NCBI GenBank assembly: GCA_002436415.1
Contig: DJMA01000041.1
Location: 36,410 to 100,409, forward strand
Direction: 5' to 3'
Length of the DNA: 64,000 bases
Source: Bdellovibrionaceae bacterium UBA6502
Lineage (GTDB): Bacteria; Bdellovibrionota; Bdellovibrionia; Bdellovibrionales; UBA840
Shown here in pieces: positions 1 through 9,461 of the stretch. How positions within the stretch are numbered: the first letter of the stretch is position 1; the number at the start of each line of letters is the position of its first letter. The position numbers and the translations under genes are program-made. The notes beneath the pieces are model-generated. The model saw nothing but the letters and a program-made list of their open reading frames with translations. It did no database searches and was not told the origin of the DNA.

Positions 1-971
1 GTGTTGCAACTGTTGTCTATCACGAGCAAATCATTGAAGAGTATGACAAAAGATTTGGCGAGAAAGACGATCGCCAAGTGGTTGCTGAAGTTCTTTCCAG
101 TTCAGGAAACGTTCGTTACAAATTACCAAAAACTCTGATTTACAAAAAGGTTCGCAAAGATTTAGATCTAAAGCTTCGAGACACCATTACAACGGATTCA
201 GGTGCGAACGCAAAGCTTAGGTTTTCTGATGGTTTGGAGCTTGAAATTGGAGAGAACTCCTTTTTGGTTTTAGATCAAAATGAAGAGGCCAATGCTAAGG
301 GGATTAAAATTTCCTTCCTTCGTGGTAACTTTAAGGTGCTAAAGCGTGGTAAGGCCGGTAATGCGACCTTAATTAAAAACACGAACAAACTAAAACAAGA
401 TATCGTAATTGATCCTTCTGCTGATAAAAGCGCTAAACCTATCGTGATTCGTTCTCAACAAAGTAAAGACTTCAAGCGTCTTCTGAGTCAAAAGCAAAAT
501 GAAGCCGCGAGGAAAGCTAGTGTTCCTGAGGAAATGAATGAAGCTCCTGAAATGAATGAGAAAAGTGCCATGATAGATCCTGTGGCGCCTAAGGCAGTGA
601 ACTCTGATTTAAGGTCAAGAGACTTGCAAAGAAAAGAAAAGAAAGCGGTCATTAAAAAGAGTGTTTTTGAACTAAGAGAAGAGAAAGAAACTCTTCCAGA
701 ATCTTATATTGTTGGAATCATCAAAAAACAAAAACCGTTTTTTAATCGCTGCTACGCTCAACATTTAAGGTTAAATCCAGAGGCTGAAGGTAGAATTGAT
801 TTTAGTTTTACGATCAATCCTAAGGGGGATGTGATTGATGTTCGAGTATTGCGAGCTACGATCAATGATCCAAGGCTTCATCGTTGTAGTATTAATGTCA
901 TCGAGAGAGCGAAATTTAAGGCCTTTAATGGCGATCCAGTTGTGGTGAACTACCCATTCTATTTTGAATAA
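1..971 (+). CDS. FecR-like / TonB-C-like (AgmX-PglI type C-terminal domain) envelope protein, 5' end probably outside the window
   Basis: The frame is open from nt 3 to the TAA at 969-971, so GTG 78 in the ORF track is only the first in-window start. The N-terminal part is FecR-like (LRFSDGLELEIGENSFLVL), followed by a K/E-rich linker. The last ~80 aa (FFNRCYAQHL...GRIDFSFTINPKGDV...VVVNYPFYFE) resemble the TonB-C-like AgmX/PglI C-terminal domain. Confidence 0.55.
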   Translation, partial: VATVVYHEQIIEEYDKRFGEKDDRQVVAEVLSSSGNVRYKLPKTLIYKKVRKDLDLKLRDTITTDSGANAKLRFSDGLELEIGENSFLVLDQNEEANAKGIKISFLRGNFKVLKRGKAGNATLIKNTNKLKQDIVIDPSADKSAKPIVIRSQQSKDFKRLLSQKQNEAARKASVPEEMNEAPEMNEKSAMIDPVAPKAVNSDLRSRDLQRKEKKAVIKKSVFELREEKETLPESYIVGIIKKQKPFFNRCYAQHLRLNPEAEGRIDFSFTINPKGDVIDVRVLRATINDPRLHRCSINVIERAKFKAFNGDPVVVNYPFYFE

Positions 972-1092
972 CTAAAAAATGAATCCTTCTTTAGCAGATT
1001 GGTGTTGTGCGTGGCGACATCTTTGCATTACTTCATGATTTAAATCCCTCACTCCATTAAAATCAATTTTTAAAAAAATAAGGAGTCATTCC

Positions 1093-2215
1093 ATGGCGAT
1101 GGCAACAGAACAATTAGAAGTTAAAAACCAATTAAAAACTCTGCAAAGCGATATTTCCGATTTGCGGGGGTATCTTTGACATAGATGGTAAAAAGCGGCA
1201 GTTAGATAAAATTGCCATGGATATGGAAAATCCTGAGGTCTGGAATCAGCCAGATAAAATGCAAAGCCTCAATCAAGAAAAATCTTATTTAGAAAAATCC
1301 TTAGCGGATTATGATTTAGTGAAAACTAGCTTGGATGATGCCTTTGTATTGTTGGATATGGCTGTGGAAGCCAATGATGAAGATAGTTTTCAAGAGGTAA
1401 AGCAGGAGCTATTAAAGCTGCAAGAAACCTATCAAGCCCTAGAGTTAAAAACCATGATGACTGGGGAGACAGACCCAAACTCTTGCTTCTTATCCATTAA
1501 CTCGGGAGCAGGTGGTACAGAGGCTTGTGATTGGGCCAATATGCTACTGCGTATGTACACGCGCTTTGCTGAAAAGTCAGACTATAAAGTAGAAATGATC
1601 GAGTTTACCGATGGTGACTCTGCTGGTATTAAATCCGCTACCATTCAAATTTCGGGGCCATATGCTTATGGAAACCTAAAGGCAGAAAGCGGTGTTCATC
1701 GTTTGGTGAGAATCAGTCCATTTGATAGTAATGCAAGAAGACACACTTCCTTTGCTAGTATTTTTGTGTGGCCTGAAATTGATGACAATATAGAAGTGCA
1801 AATTAAAGATGAAGATGTTCGTGTTGATACTTATCGTGCCAGTGGAGCTGGAGGACAGCATATTAACAAAACGGATTCTGCTGTTAGGATGACTCACGTT
1901 CCAACCGGAATTGTAGTTCAGTGTCAAAACCAAAGGTCGCAACACGCTAACCGTGATCAGGCGATGAAGATGTTGCGTGCCGCGCTTTATGAAAAAGAAC
2001 TAGAAGAGCGAAACAAAGAAAAAGATGCATTAAATTCTAGTAAAATGGCAAATGAATGGGGATCACAAATTCGATCGTATGTGATGCATCCTTATCAAAT
2101 GGTAAAAGACCATCGTACTAGTTATGAGACTAGTCAGGTGGACTCTGTAATGGACGGTGCCTTGGATGAGTTTTTATACCACTTCTTAAAATGGCAGGCG
2201 GGTAAGAATGCTTGA
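1093..2215 (+). CDS. prfB: Peptide chain release factor 2, made by programmed +1 frameshift
   Basis: ATG at 1093 is preceded by AGGAG. After 28 codons there is an in-frame TGA at 1177-1179 inside the canonical cassette GGGGG TAT CTT TGA C (1166-1180). A +1 shift joins the 1217..2215 ORF-track frame, which carries the SPF (RISPFDS) and GGQ (SGAGGQHINKT) motifs. Confidence 0.95.
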
Positions 2216-3410
2216 GTTTTGGCTGAGTATGCGTTTTTTGAAAGGTGCCGGTAAATTCATTGGCATTAGTTCCAAGTTATCCATTGCTGGGTTAATTATT
2301 GGAGTGGGTGTTTTACTTGCTGCTATGGCTGTGGTGGAGGGCTTTCAAAAAACCATTAAAGACTCGGTGATTGATCTTTCTGGGCATATCGTTTTGATTA
2401 AACGTGGAACCTATTTATCTGGTATCGATGAGCTTAAGAAAAAAATCAATAACACCATCCCTAAATACACAGCAAGTCCATTTATTCACGCCGAAGCAAT
2501 GTTGCCACACAATGGCCAGGTTCGAGGGATCATGGTTCAGGGAATGGCTAAAGACGGAGTTCGAGCGCCGAGCTTAAAAAAACGACTTATTAAAGGAAAG
2601 TGGCCGAGTAGCTCTGAGCACATTCTTATTGGTAAAGAGTTGGCAAAGCAAATGGATATTAAAATTGGCGATACTTTAAAAGTGGTAGTACCCATGCCTT
2701 CAAAGGTAAATAGCAATCAGTTTCAACCTAAGCTCACTGAGGTTAGATTGAGCGGAATAATGGACTTTGGAAAATATGAGTACAATGAGAGGATGTTGGT
2801 TGCACACAATGAGCTTGTGCAAAAAATGTTAGGTTTAAACGCAAAGGCTTTTTCTGGTTTGCGAATTATGCTACCAGATTCTGAGACGGCGGTGGTAGAC
2901 GCCTCTAAAATTTCTCAAGCACTAGGTTACCCTTATTACACTCGCAGTTGGTATGAGTTGAATCTTAATTTTTTTGAGGCCCTAAAGTTAGAAAAAATGG
3001 TCTTGTTTATAGTGCTTTCTGTAATGGTTATTGCTGCGAGTTTTAACACTTGTAGTTCTCTTTTTATTTCAGTGGTAAAGCGCTATCGTAACATTTCAAT
3101 TTTAAAAGCATTGGGGGCTGGACCAGATGTGATATTAAAAATCTTTAGTATCCAAGGCCTTTTGATTGGATTTGTAGGGACTTTTTTAGGAGTCTTGTTC
3201 GGTTTGTTTTTGGTTTATATAATTGCCAATTATTCATTGGTGGATATGCCTGCGGATATTTATAAAATCGATCGATTGCCAATTTCGTTGGACTGGTTGG
3301 ATATTGCAAAGGTTTCTTGTTTTTCATTTTTAATTAGTTTTCTTGCAAGTATTTTACCGGCAATGAAGGCATCTAAAACTTTACCAGTGGAAGGTTTACG
3401 ATATGAGTAG
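2208..3410 (+). CDS. Lipoprotein-releasing ABC transporter permease, LolC/LolE family (FtsX/MacB type)
   Basis: 400 aa with one N-terminal TM, a large periplasmic domain and three C-terminal TMs. It overlaps the prfB stop by 8 nt and the following lolD-like ATPase start by 8 nt. Confidence 0.8.
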   Translation: MLEFWLSMRFLKGAGKFIGISSKLSIAGLIIGVGVLLAAMAVVEGFQKTIKDSVIDLSGHIVLIKRGTYLSGIDELKKKINNTIPKYTASPFIHAEAMLPHNGQVRGIMVQGMAKDGVRAPSLKKRLIKGKWPSSSEHILIGKELAKQMDIKIGDTLKVVVPMPSKVNSNQFQPKLTEVRLSGIMDFGKYEYNERMLVAHNELVQKMLGLNAKAFSGLRIMLPDSETAVVDASKISQALGYPYYTRSWYELNLNFFEALKLEKMVLFIVLSVMVIAASFNTCSSLFISVVKRYRNISILKALGAGPDVILKIFSIQGLLIGFVGTFLGVLFGLFLVYIIANYSLVDMPADIYKIDRLPISLDWLDIAKVSCFSFLISFLASILPAMKASKTLPVEGLRYE

Positions 3411-4110
3411 TAAAGACGCCTTGATCAAAGCAAGTGGAATTAAAAAATCTTTCAAAACTAGAGAGAGTTCATTGGATGTTTTGAAGGGAGTGGATTTAGA
3501 GGTAATGCCTGGAGATATGCTTTGCATTCAGGGTTCGAGTGGTGCGGGGAAAAGCACGCTCTTACAAATTCTTGGTACTTTGGATCGTCCTACCGATGGG
3601 GATTTGCGTTTTGAAGATAAGAATCTTTTAAATATGAAAGAAGATGAGTTGGCGAAATTTCGCTTAGAAAACTTAGGCTTTGTATTTCAATTTCATCAAT
3701 TGATGGCTGAGTTTAGTGCTTATGAAAACGTTGAGCTTCCTTGTCGAATCGCCGGGCTCGGTAAATCGGAAACCAAAGAGCGAGTAGAGTATTGGGCGGA
3801 AGCATTAGGTGTGGCACATCGACTTAAGCATTTTCCATCAGAGTTAAGTGGTGGAGAGCAGCAGCGAATTGCCATTGCCAGAGCTCTAGTTATGAAGCCA
3901 AAATTGCTTCTGGCGGATGAACCTACGGGAAATCTGGACTCTGAGAATACCGCAAATACTGCTGAACTTTTAATCAAGCTCCATGAGGAGTATGGAATCA
4001 GTATAGTGGCTGTTAGTCACGATGATGACTTCGCAAAGCGCTTTCCTCGCAGAAAAAGACTAATTGATGGTCATTGGGAGAAGATCGACCGCAATTTGCT
4101 TTTTCAATAG
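3403..4110 (+). CDS. lolD: Lipoprotein-releasing ABC transporter ATP-binding protein
   Basis: Walker A GSSGAGKST, signature LSGGEQQR, Walker B LLLADEPT. Translationally coupled to the upstream LolC/E-type permease. Confidence 0.85.
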   Translation: MSSKDALIKASGIKKSFKTRESSLDVLKGVDLEVMPGDMLCIQGSSGAGKSTLLQILGTLDRPTDGDLRFEDKNLLNMKEDELAKFRLENLGFVFQFHQLMAEFSAYENVELPCRIAGLGKSETKERVEYWAEALGVAHRLKHFPSELSGGEQQRIAIARALVMKPKLLLADEPTGNLDSENTANTAELLIKLHEEYGISIVAVSHDDDFAKRFPRRKRLIDGHWEKIDRNLLFQ

Positions 4111-4241
4111 GCATAAAAGCTTCTTGTCGCACTGCTGGATGTTAGTCTTGTTTTTGACAAGAAGTAGCACCGCCTATAAGCTCCTAAGGAAGTTTTATAA
4201 GTGTTCAAAACCATTCATTTTTTGTAGGACAGCATCGGTAT

Positions 4242-6593
4242 ATGACAGGCAACATTTTTCAGTTCTTCTTTCGTTCAAAGCTTATGTTTTTTTGCCTATT
4301 TTTATTGGTGGGTAGTTTTATAGATTTAAGCAATCAACAGGTATCCATTTTTTCTAGTGCTTATGCGCAAGCAAGATTTAAAGCTGGGAAGATTTCAATT
4401 ACAGGAAATAAAAAAATTGAAGCAGAGGCGATTAAAAAACGTCTTGCTATCGAAGAGGGAATGAGTCTTGATTCAGCGAGAGTTCGGGAAGCCATTTCTA
4501 ATGTTTTTGAAATGAATTACTTTTATGACGTAAAAGTGATTCGTACAAAAAGAGCTTCTTCCTACGACCTGCAATTTGAAGTGGTAGAGAAGCCTGCCAT
4601 TATGAAGATTGACTTCGTTGACAACTCTGAGTTGGATGACGAAGAGTTAATGGAGGCCATTGATCTAAAGCAATACTCCATTTTGGATCGACAAAAGATT
4701 CGTGAAAGTGCAGAGAAGATTCAAAAGCTTTATGAGGACAAAGGTTATTTCTTAGCCAAGGTAAAAACTGAGGTGATTGAAGCCAGCGATCCTGAGCAAG
4801 GTGCTGCTTTAAACTTTATCGTAGGAGAAAATGAAAAAGTAGTTGTGCGTAAGGTAAACCTTATCGGTAACGAGCATCTGAGCGACTCAAATTTAAAATC
4901 CTTGATGCTAACTCAAGAGGGCGGCTTTTTTAGCTTTTTTTCTGATTCTGGTGGTTTCAAAGAAGAGATGTTTGATCGAGACTTACAAGTCTTAAATCTT
5001 AGTTATTTTAACGAGGGTTTTATCCAGGTTAAGATTGATCGACCAGAAGTCTATGTAACTCCAGACAAGAAAAGCATTTATATCACCATTCGTATTGAAG
5101 AAGGCATTCAATATAATGTAGGTAACATCGATTTCTCAGGGGATTTAATCTTTGATCGAGAAGACTTACTAAAAGAAGTAAATATCAAAGATCGCGAAGT
5201 GTTTTCTTACCAAGTTTTACAGGATGATTTGCGAGCTTTACAGGCGAAGTATGGTGATTTGGGTTATGCATTTGCCAATATAATTCCTCGCACAAGATAC
5301 CGTGTTGAAGAAAAAAAAGTAGATATCGTTTTCGAAGTAGACAAAGGCAATAAGGTTTACTTTGGAGAGTTTAGTATCACTGGAAACACAAAAACTCGCG
5401 ACAAAGTGGTTCGCCGTGAATTAGTGGTTTTAGAAGGTGAGCTATATAACGAGACTAGAAAACGAGAGTCGGTAGCTAATATTCGACGTTTGGGATTCTT
5501 TGATGATGTGGTTTTTAAACAAAAATCCCGACCAGAATCTCCTGAAATTTTAGATGTTGAAATCATCGTAAAAGAGCGTAACACCGGAAGTTTGCAGGTT
5601 GGAGCGGGTTATTCCAATCGTGATAGTTTCATTTTTAATGCTAACGTAACTGAGCAAAACTTGTTTGGTCGCGGTCAAAAGTTTGGTCTAAACATTCAGT
5701 ACGCAAAGACGACCAACACTTTCAAATTAAGCATGACTGAGCCTTACTGGAATGACTCTCAGTGGTCTGTGGGTGGAGAAATTTTCCAAATCGATAACCG
5801 TGAAAACGATTTTAGACCGTATAAAGATTTAACTCGCGGTTTGGCTTTGAGGCTTGGTTATCCAATCGCAAAGTACTTACGAATCTATGGCGGTTATCGC
5901 TTTGAAGACGTAGTAAATTTCTCAGTAGACTCCGAGGTAGATCCAAGTCTTTACCCGAGTGAATCTGTTTTGGGTGTAACCAATATTTTAACTGGTTCTA
6001 TTGAATATGATTCAAGAAATGATCGTTTTTCACCAAGTGATGGACAGTTTGCAAGTTTAGGAATTTCGCATGCTGGTTTAGGTGGAGATCACGCCTACAA
6101 CTCGGTAAACATTAAATACCAATACTTCAAAAATGTTTTTTGGGACGTAGTTTGGAGAAACAACTTAGTTCTTGGTTACATCTGGAATGATGGTGATGAA
6201 GAGATCCCATTTAATAAGCTTTTCTTATTAGGTGGTGCTTATACACTTAAAGGTTATGACTACGGTAGCGTAGGTGAGAGACTGTTTGACTCTATTAAAG
6301 GTGAGGATGTTCCTTTTGGTGGGGAAAGACAGGCCTATTATAACCTTGAGTTTGAATTTCCTTTAGTTAAGGAAGCAAACATTAAAGGTGTTGTTTTCTA
6401 TGACATGGGATTTGCTTATACAGATTTAGACCCAGGTGAGAGCCTGAGTGATATTTTACAGAAAGATTATGGTTTTGGTTTTAGATGGTTTTCACCGATT
6501 GGTCCGCTTCGTTTCGAATGGGGTACTGCGATCAATCCAAAAGACTATCATGACGATCGAAACTTTGAGTTTTCCATTGGTGCACCTTTCTAA
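4242..6593 (+). CDS. bamA: Outer membrane protein assembly factor BamA (Omp85)
   Basis: 783 aa with a signal-like N-terminus, repeated POTRA-like units and a C-terminal beta-barrel region ending FEFSIGAPF. It is followed by skp as in the canonical locus. The start may be the downstream Met (MFFCLFLL). Confidence 0.93.
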   Translation: MTGNIFQFFFRSKLMFFCLFLLVGSFIDLSNQQVSIFSSAYAQARFKAGKISITGNKKIEAEAIKKRLAIEEGMSLDSARVREAISNVFEMNYFYDVKVIRTKRASSYDLQFEVVEKPAIMKIDFVDNSELDDEELMEAIDLKQYSILDRQKIRESAEKIQKLYEDKGYFLAKVKTEVIEASDPEQGAALNFIVGENEKVVVRKVNLIGNEHLSDSNLKSLMLTQEGGFFSFFSDSGGFKEEMFDRDLQVLNLSYFNEGFIQVKIDRPEVYVTPDKKSIYITIRIEEGIQYNVGNIDFSGDLIFDREDLLKEVNIKDREVFSYQVLQDDLRALQAKYGDLGYAFANIIPRTRYRVEEKKVDIVFEVDKGNKVYFGEFSITGNTKTRDKVVRRELVVLEGELYNETRKRESVANIRRLGFFDDVVFKQKSRPESPEILDVEIIVKERNTGSLQVGAGYSNRDSFIFNANVTEQNLFGRGQKFGLNIQYAKTTNTFKLSMTEPYWNDSQWSVGGEIFQIDNRENDFRPYKDLTRGLALRLGYPIAKYLRIYGGYRFEDVVNFSVDSEVDPSLYPSESVLGVTNILTGSIEYDSRNDRFSPSDGQFASLGISHAGLGGDHAYNSVNIKYQYFKNVFWDVVWRNNLVLGYIWNDGDEEIPFNKLFLLGGAYTLKGYDYGSVGERLFDSIKGEDVPFGGERQAYYNLEFEFPLVKEANIKGVVFYDMGFAYTDLDPGESLSDILQKDYGFGFRWFSPIGPLRFEWGTAINPKDYHDDRNFEFSIGAPF

Positions 6594-6610
6594 GAATAAG
6601 GAGAAAGAGA

Positions 6611-7126
6611 ATGAAGAAAATAATTGGAATTTTTTTGGTATGTTTGATCGGGCTTCCTGCTTTTGCTGAAATGAAAATGGGAGTTGTAGATATTCGTAAA
6701 GCCATTTCTACAGTGACAGCTGGTAAAGCTGCTATGGAAAAAATCAAAAAAGAGTTCAAAGCGAAAGAAAAAGAGTTTCAAGCAAAAGAGAAGAAACTTT
6801 TAGATATGAAAAAAGACATCGAGAAAAAAGCAGTTGCTTTAAGCGATGATCAAAAAAGAGCGAAAGCAATGGAGTTTCAACAAAAAATGGTGGCTTTCCA
6901 AAACGAAGTTAGAAAAAGCCAAGAGGCAATTGCTCTTCGTGAACGTGAATTAACTGCGCCAATTTTGCAAGAGTTAGAAAAGCAAATCGCTGTTTTGGCT
7001 AAAGAAAAAGGTTTGGCAATGGTTTTTCAAAAAGCAGAGCAAAACATTGTGTATGTGGATAAAAAACACGATTACACAGATTCATTGGTTGAAAAATTCA
7101 ATGCTAGCTACAAAGCAAAGAAGTAG
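6611..7126 (+). CDS. skp: Periplasmic chaperone Skp/OmpH
   Basis: 171 aa with a signal peptide (LVCLIGLPAFA) and a K/E/Q-rich coiled-coil body. It lies directly downstream of bamA behind a GGAGAAAGAG RBS. Confidence 0.85.
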   Translation: MKKIIGIFLVCLIGLPAFAEMKMGVVDIRKAISTVTAGKAAMEKIKKEFKAKEKEFQAKEKKLLDMKKDIEKKAVALSDDQKRAKAMEFQQKMVAFQNEVRKSQEAIALRERELTAPILQELEKQIAVLAKEKGLAMVFQKAEQNIVYVDKKHDYTDSLVEKFNASYKAKK

Positions 7127-7164
7127 TCTTAGATCAAATTTTAAAGATCTAGTTAAAAACAAAT

Positions 7165-7195
7165 GGTTTAGGGGGTAAAAGCCTTAAACCTTTTT
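7165..7195 (+). terminator. Rho-independent terminator candidate after skp
   Basis: GGTTTAGGG / CCTTAAACC form a 9-bp stem (one G-U pair) with an 8-nt loop, followed by TTTTT. Confidence 0.55.
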
Positions 7196-7227
7196 GTGTT
7201 TCAAGGCTTTGAAAAAAGGGGCTTAAT

Positions 7228-7725
7228 ATGTCGACTGAAATTAATTTAGATTTGGAACTACCTGTGTTTTCTTCACAACTCGAAAAAATACTACCACATC
7301 GATATCCATTTTTGTTAATCGATCGTTGGTTGGAAGTTTCTGGGGGAAGTGTTGAAAACAGAACGGGGAGAAAAGTGAAGGCTTTGAAAAACCTAACCAA
7401 TAACGAAGCTTTTTTTCAAGGACACTTTCCAGGGAATCCAATTATGCCAGGTGTTTTGAGTTTGGAGGCATTGGCACAAACTTCTGCATTGTGTGCCTAC
7501 ATTCCTTTGGCGGATAAAAACTATGAGTTTTATATTGTTTCAGCAGATAAAGTACGTTTTCGTCGACAAATTGTTCCTGGGGATCAGTTAGAGTTAGAAG
7601 TAGAAGTTTTAAAGGATCGTAAAAGAATGATTCTTTTTCAAGGTAAGGCCTTTGTAGATGGTGAGTTGGCCACAGAAGCGCAGTTCATGGCTCAGGTTTT
7701 AGTGAAAGATAAGAAAGTAAATTAA
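7228..7725 (+). CDS. fabZ: 3-hydroxyacyl-ACP dehydratase FabZ
   Basis: LPHRYPFLLIDR and FFQGHFPGNPIMPGVL hot-dog dehydratase motifs, 165 aa, with lpxA downstream. Confidence 0.95.
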   Translation: MSTEINLDLELPVFSSQLEKILPHRYPFLLIDRWLEVSGGSVENRTGRKVKALKNLTNNEAFFQGHFPGNPIMPGVLSLEALAQTSALCAYIPLADKNYEFYIVSADKVRFRRQIVPGDQLELEVEVLKDRKRMILFQGKAFVDGELATEAQFMAQVLVKDKKVN

Positions 7726-7737
7726 AGGAGAAGGTTC

Positions 7738-8517
7738 TTGATTCACAGTAGTAGTATTATTTCTGATCAAGCGGAAATTGGAGAAGGCGTAGAGATTGGC
7801 CCATTTTGTATTGTACGTGGAAAGGTTAAGATTGGTGCTGGTAGTAAATTATTGAGCCACTGTATTTTAGGAAATGATCACGGCTATATAGAGATTGGTA
7901 AAAACAATGTTCTCTACCCACATTCCGTAATTGGTGAGGTTCCTCAAGATTTAACTTATGATGGTCAAGAAACTAAGTTGATCATTGGTGATAATAATAA
8001 AATTCGTGAAGGCTCAAACATCAATACCGGTACGGTAAAAGGTGGTGGTCTTACAAAAATTGGTTCTGATAATTTAATTATGTCTATGGTCCATATTGGT
8101 CACGATTGTCATATTGGTGATGATGTTGTTATAGCTTCTTCTTCCAATTTAGCAGGTCACTGTGAAATCGGTGACCATGTGAAAATTGGTGGAATGGTTG
8201 GAGTGACGCAGTTTTGTCGCTTGGGAGAACATGCTTTTATTGCTGGTGTGACAGCCATCAATAAAGACATTCTCCCATACACAATCGCTCAAGGAAGTTG
8301 GGCGACTATGAGAGCACCGAATCGTGTAGGGATGGAAAGATCTGGTTTTTCGAAAGAAGAAATTCAAGAAGTAACCAGAGCCATACGAATCCTGACTCGT
8401 GGTGGACATACAAGAGAAGAGTCTTTAGAGAGAATTAAAAAAGAATGTAAAATGCTTCGTACCGTGGAGCGTGTGATTGAGTTTATTGACTCAAGTGAAA
8501 GAGGCTTAGCTATATGA
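7738..8517 (+). CDS. lpxA: Acyl-ACP--UDP-N-acetylglucosamine O-acyltransferase LpxA
   Basis: TTG start behind AGGAGAAGG. 259 aa of left-handed beta-helix hexapeptide repeats plus a helical C-terminal domain. Sits in the canonical fabZ-lpxA position. Confidence 0.92.
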   Translation: MIHSSSIISDQAEIGEGVEIGPFCIVRGKVKIGAGSKLLSHCILGNDHGYIEIGKNNVLYPHSVIGEVPQDLTYDGQETKLIIGDNNKIREGSNINTGTVKGGGLTKIGSDNLIMSMVHIGHDCHIGDDVVIASSSNLAGHCEIGDHVKIGGMVGVTQFCRLGEHAFIAGVTAINKDILPYTIAQGSWATMRAPNRVGMERSGFSKEEIQEVTRAIRILTRGGHTREESLERIKKECKMLRTVERVIEFIDSSERGLAI

Positions 8518-9461
8518 AAAAATTAAGAACCGCCGTTGTCGGAGTAGGTTATCTGGGAAGGTTCCATGCGCAAAAGCATGCGGCCAGTGAGCACAGTGAT
8601 TTGATAGCTGTTGTTGATAGTAACGAAGCTCGTGCAAAGGAAGTTGCAGAGGAGTTGGGCTGTGCCTGGTTTCGAGATGCTTCCGAGCTAATTGGTAAGG
8701 TAGATGCAGTTAGCATCGCTGCTGTTACTCAAATGCATTATGACTTGGCCAAGTTATTTTTAGAAAACAATATCCATGTTTTGGTTGAAAAACCAATAAC
8801 CGCAGATTCTAGCCAAGGCCAAGAATTATGTGAGTTAGCTAAGAAAAATTCATTGAAGCTGCAGGTTGGACATATCGAGCGTTTCAACCCAGCTCTACAG
8901 TCTGTGAAAGAAAAGTTACGTGCAAAGCCGCTTTTTATTGAGGTGCATAGACTTGCTCCTTTTAAGCCCAGAGCTACTGATGTAGATGTGGTTTTGGATT
9001 TAATGATTCATGATTTAGACGTAATTTTATCTTTAGTAGATAGCCCTGTGAAAGAGGTTAAAGCGGTTGGTGTGCCTGTCTTAACGAAAGCGGTAGATAT
9101 TGCAAATGCGCGTTTGGAGTTTGAGTCTGGTACAATTTGTAATTTGACAGCCAGTCGTGTTTCGCAGTCGGCGCAAAGAAAGTTTAGAGTATTTCAAGAG
9201 GCTCAATATCTATCCATTGATTTTGGAAATGGTGAAGTTGGTTTGAGTACCAAAAAAGAACCTGAAAATGAGGGTAGTCTCGCGATCGATCATGAAACTT
9301 GGAATCTTGAAAAAGAAGACGCTTTGTTTTTAGAAACAGAAAGTTTTTTCAAGGCCATTTTACAAGATAAAGAAGTAGAAGTGAGTGGAGAAGATGGCTT
9401 AGAAGCTTTAGCTTTGGCCGAAAAAATTAGTCAATTAGCTAGAGAGTCGAGTGCAAAATAA
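8514..9461 (+). CDS. Gfo/Idh/MocA family NAD(P)-dependent oxidoreductase (GnnA-like candidate)
   Basis: N-terminal Rossmann motif VVGVGYLGRFH and the EKP motif (VLVEKPIT) typical of the family. ATGA overlap with lpxA and 11-nt overlap with lpxB. Confidence 0.85.
   Translation: MKKLRTAVVGVGYLGRFHAQKHAASEHSDLIAVVDSNEARAKEVAEELGCAWFRDASELIGKVDAVSIAAVTQMHYDLAKLFLENNIHVLVEKPITADSSQGQELCELAKKNSLKLQVGHIERFNPALQSVKEKLRAKPLFIEVHRLAPFKPRATDVDVVLDLMIHDLDVILSLVDSPVKEVKAVGVPVLTKAVDIANARLEFESGTICNLTASRVSQSAQRKFRVFQEAQYLSIDFGNGEVGLSTKKEPENEGSLAIDHETWNLEKEDALFLETESFFKAILQDKEVEVSGEDGLEALALAEKISQLARESSAK

Noticed and set aside
4120-4164. Inverted repeat CTTCTTGTC ... GACAAGAAG after lolD
   Set aside because: The 9-bp arms are separated by a ~27-nt loop and there is no T-run. 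It is not a convincing terminator and I cannot assign a function.
4064-4315. 83-aa plus-strand ORF spanning the lolD-bamA gap
   Set aside because: It overlaps the lolD 3' end and the bamA 5' end in another frame. It has no SD, and bamA explains the region.
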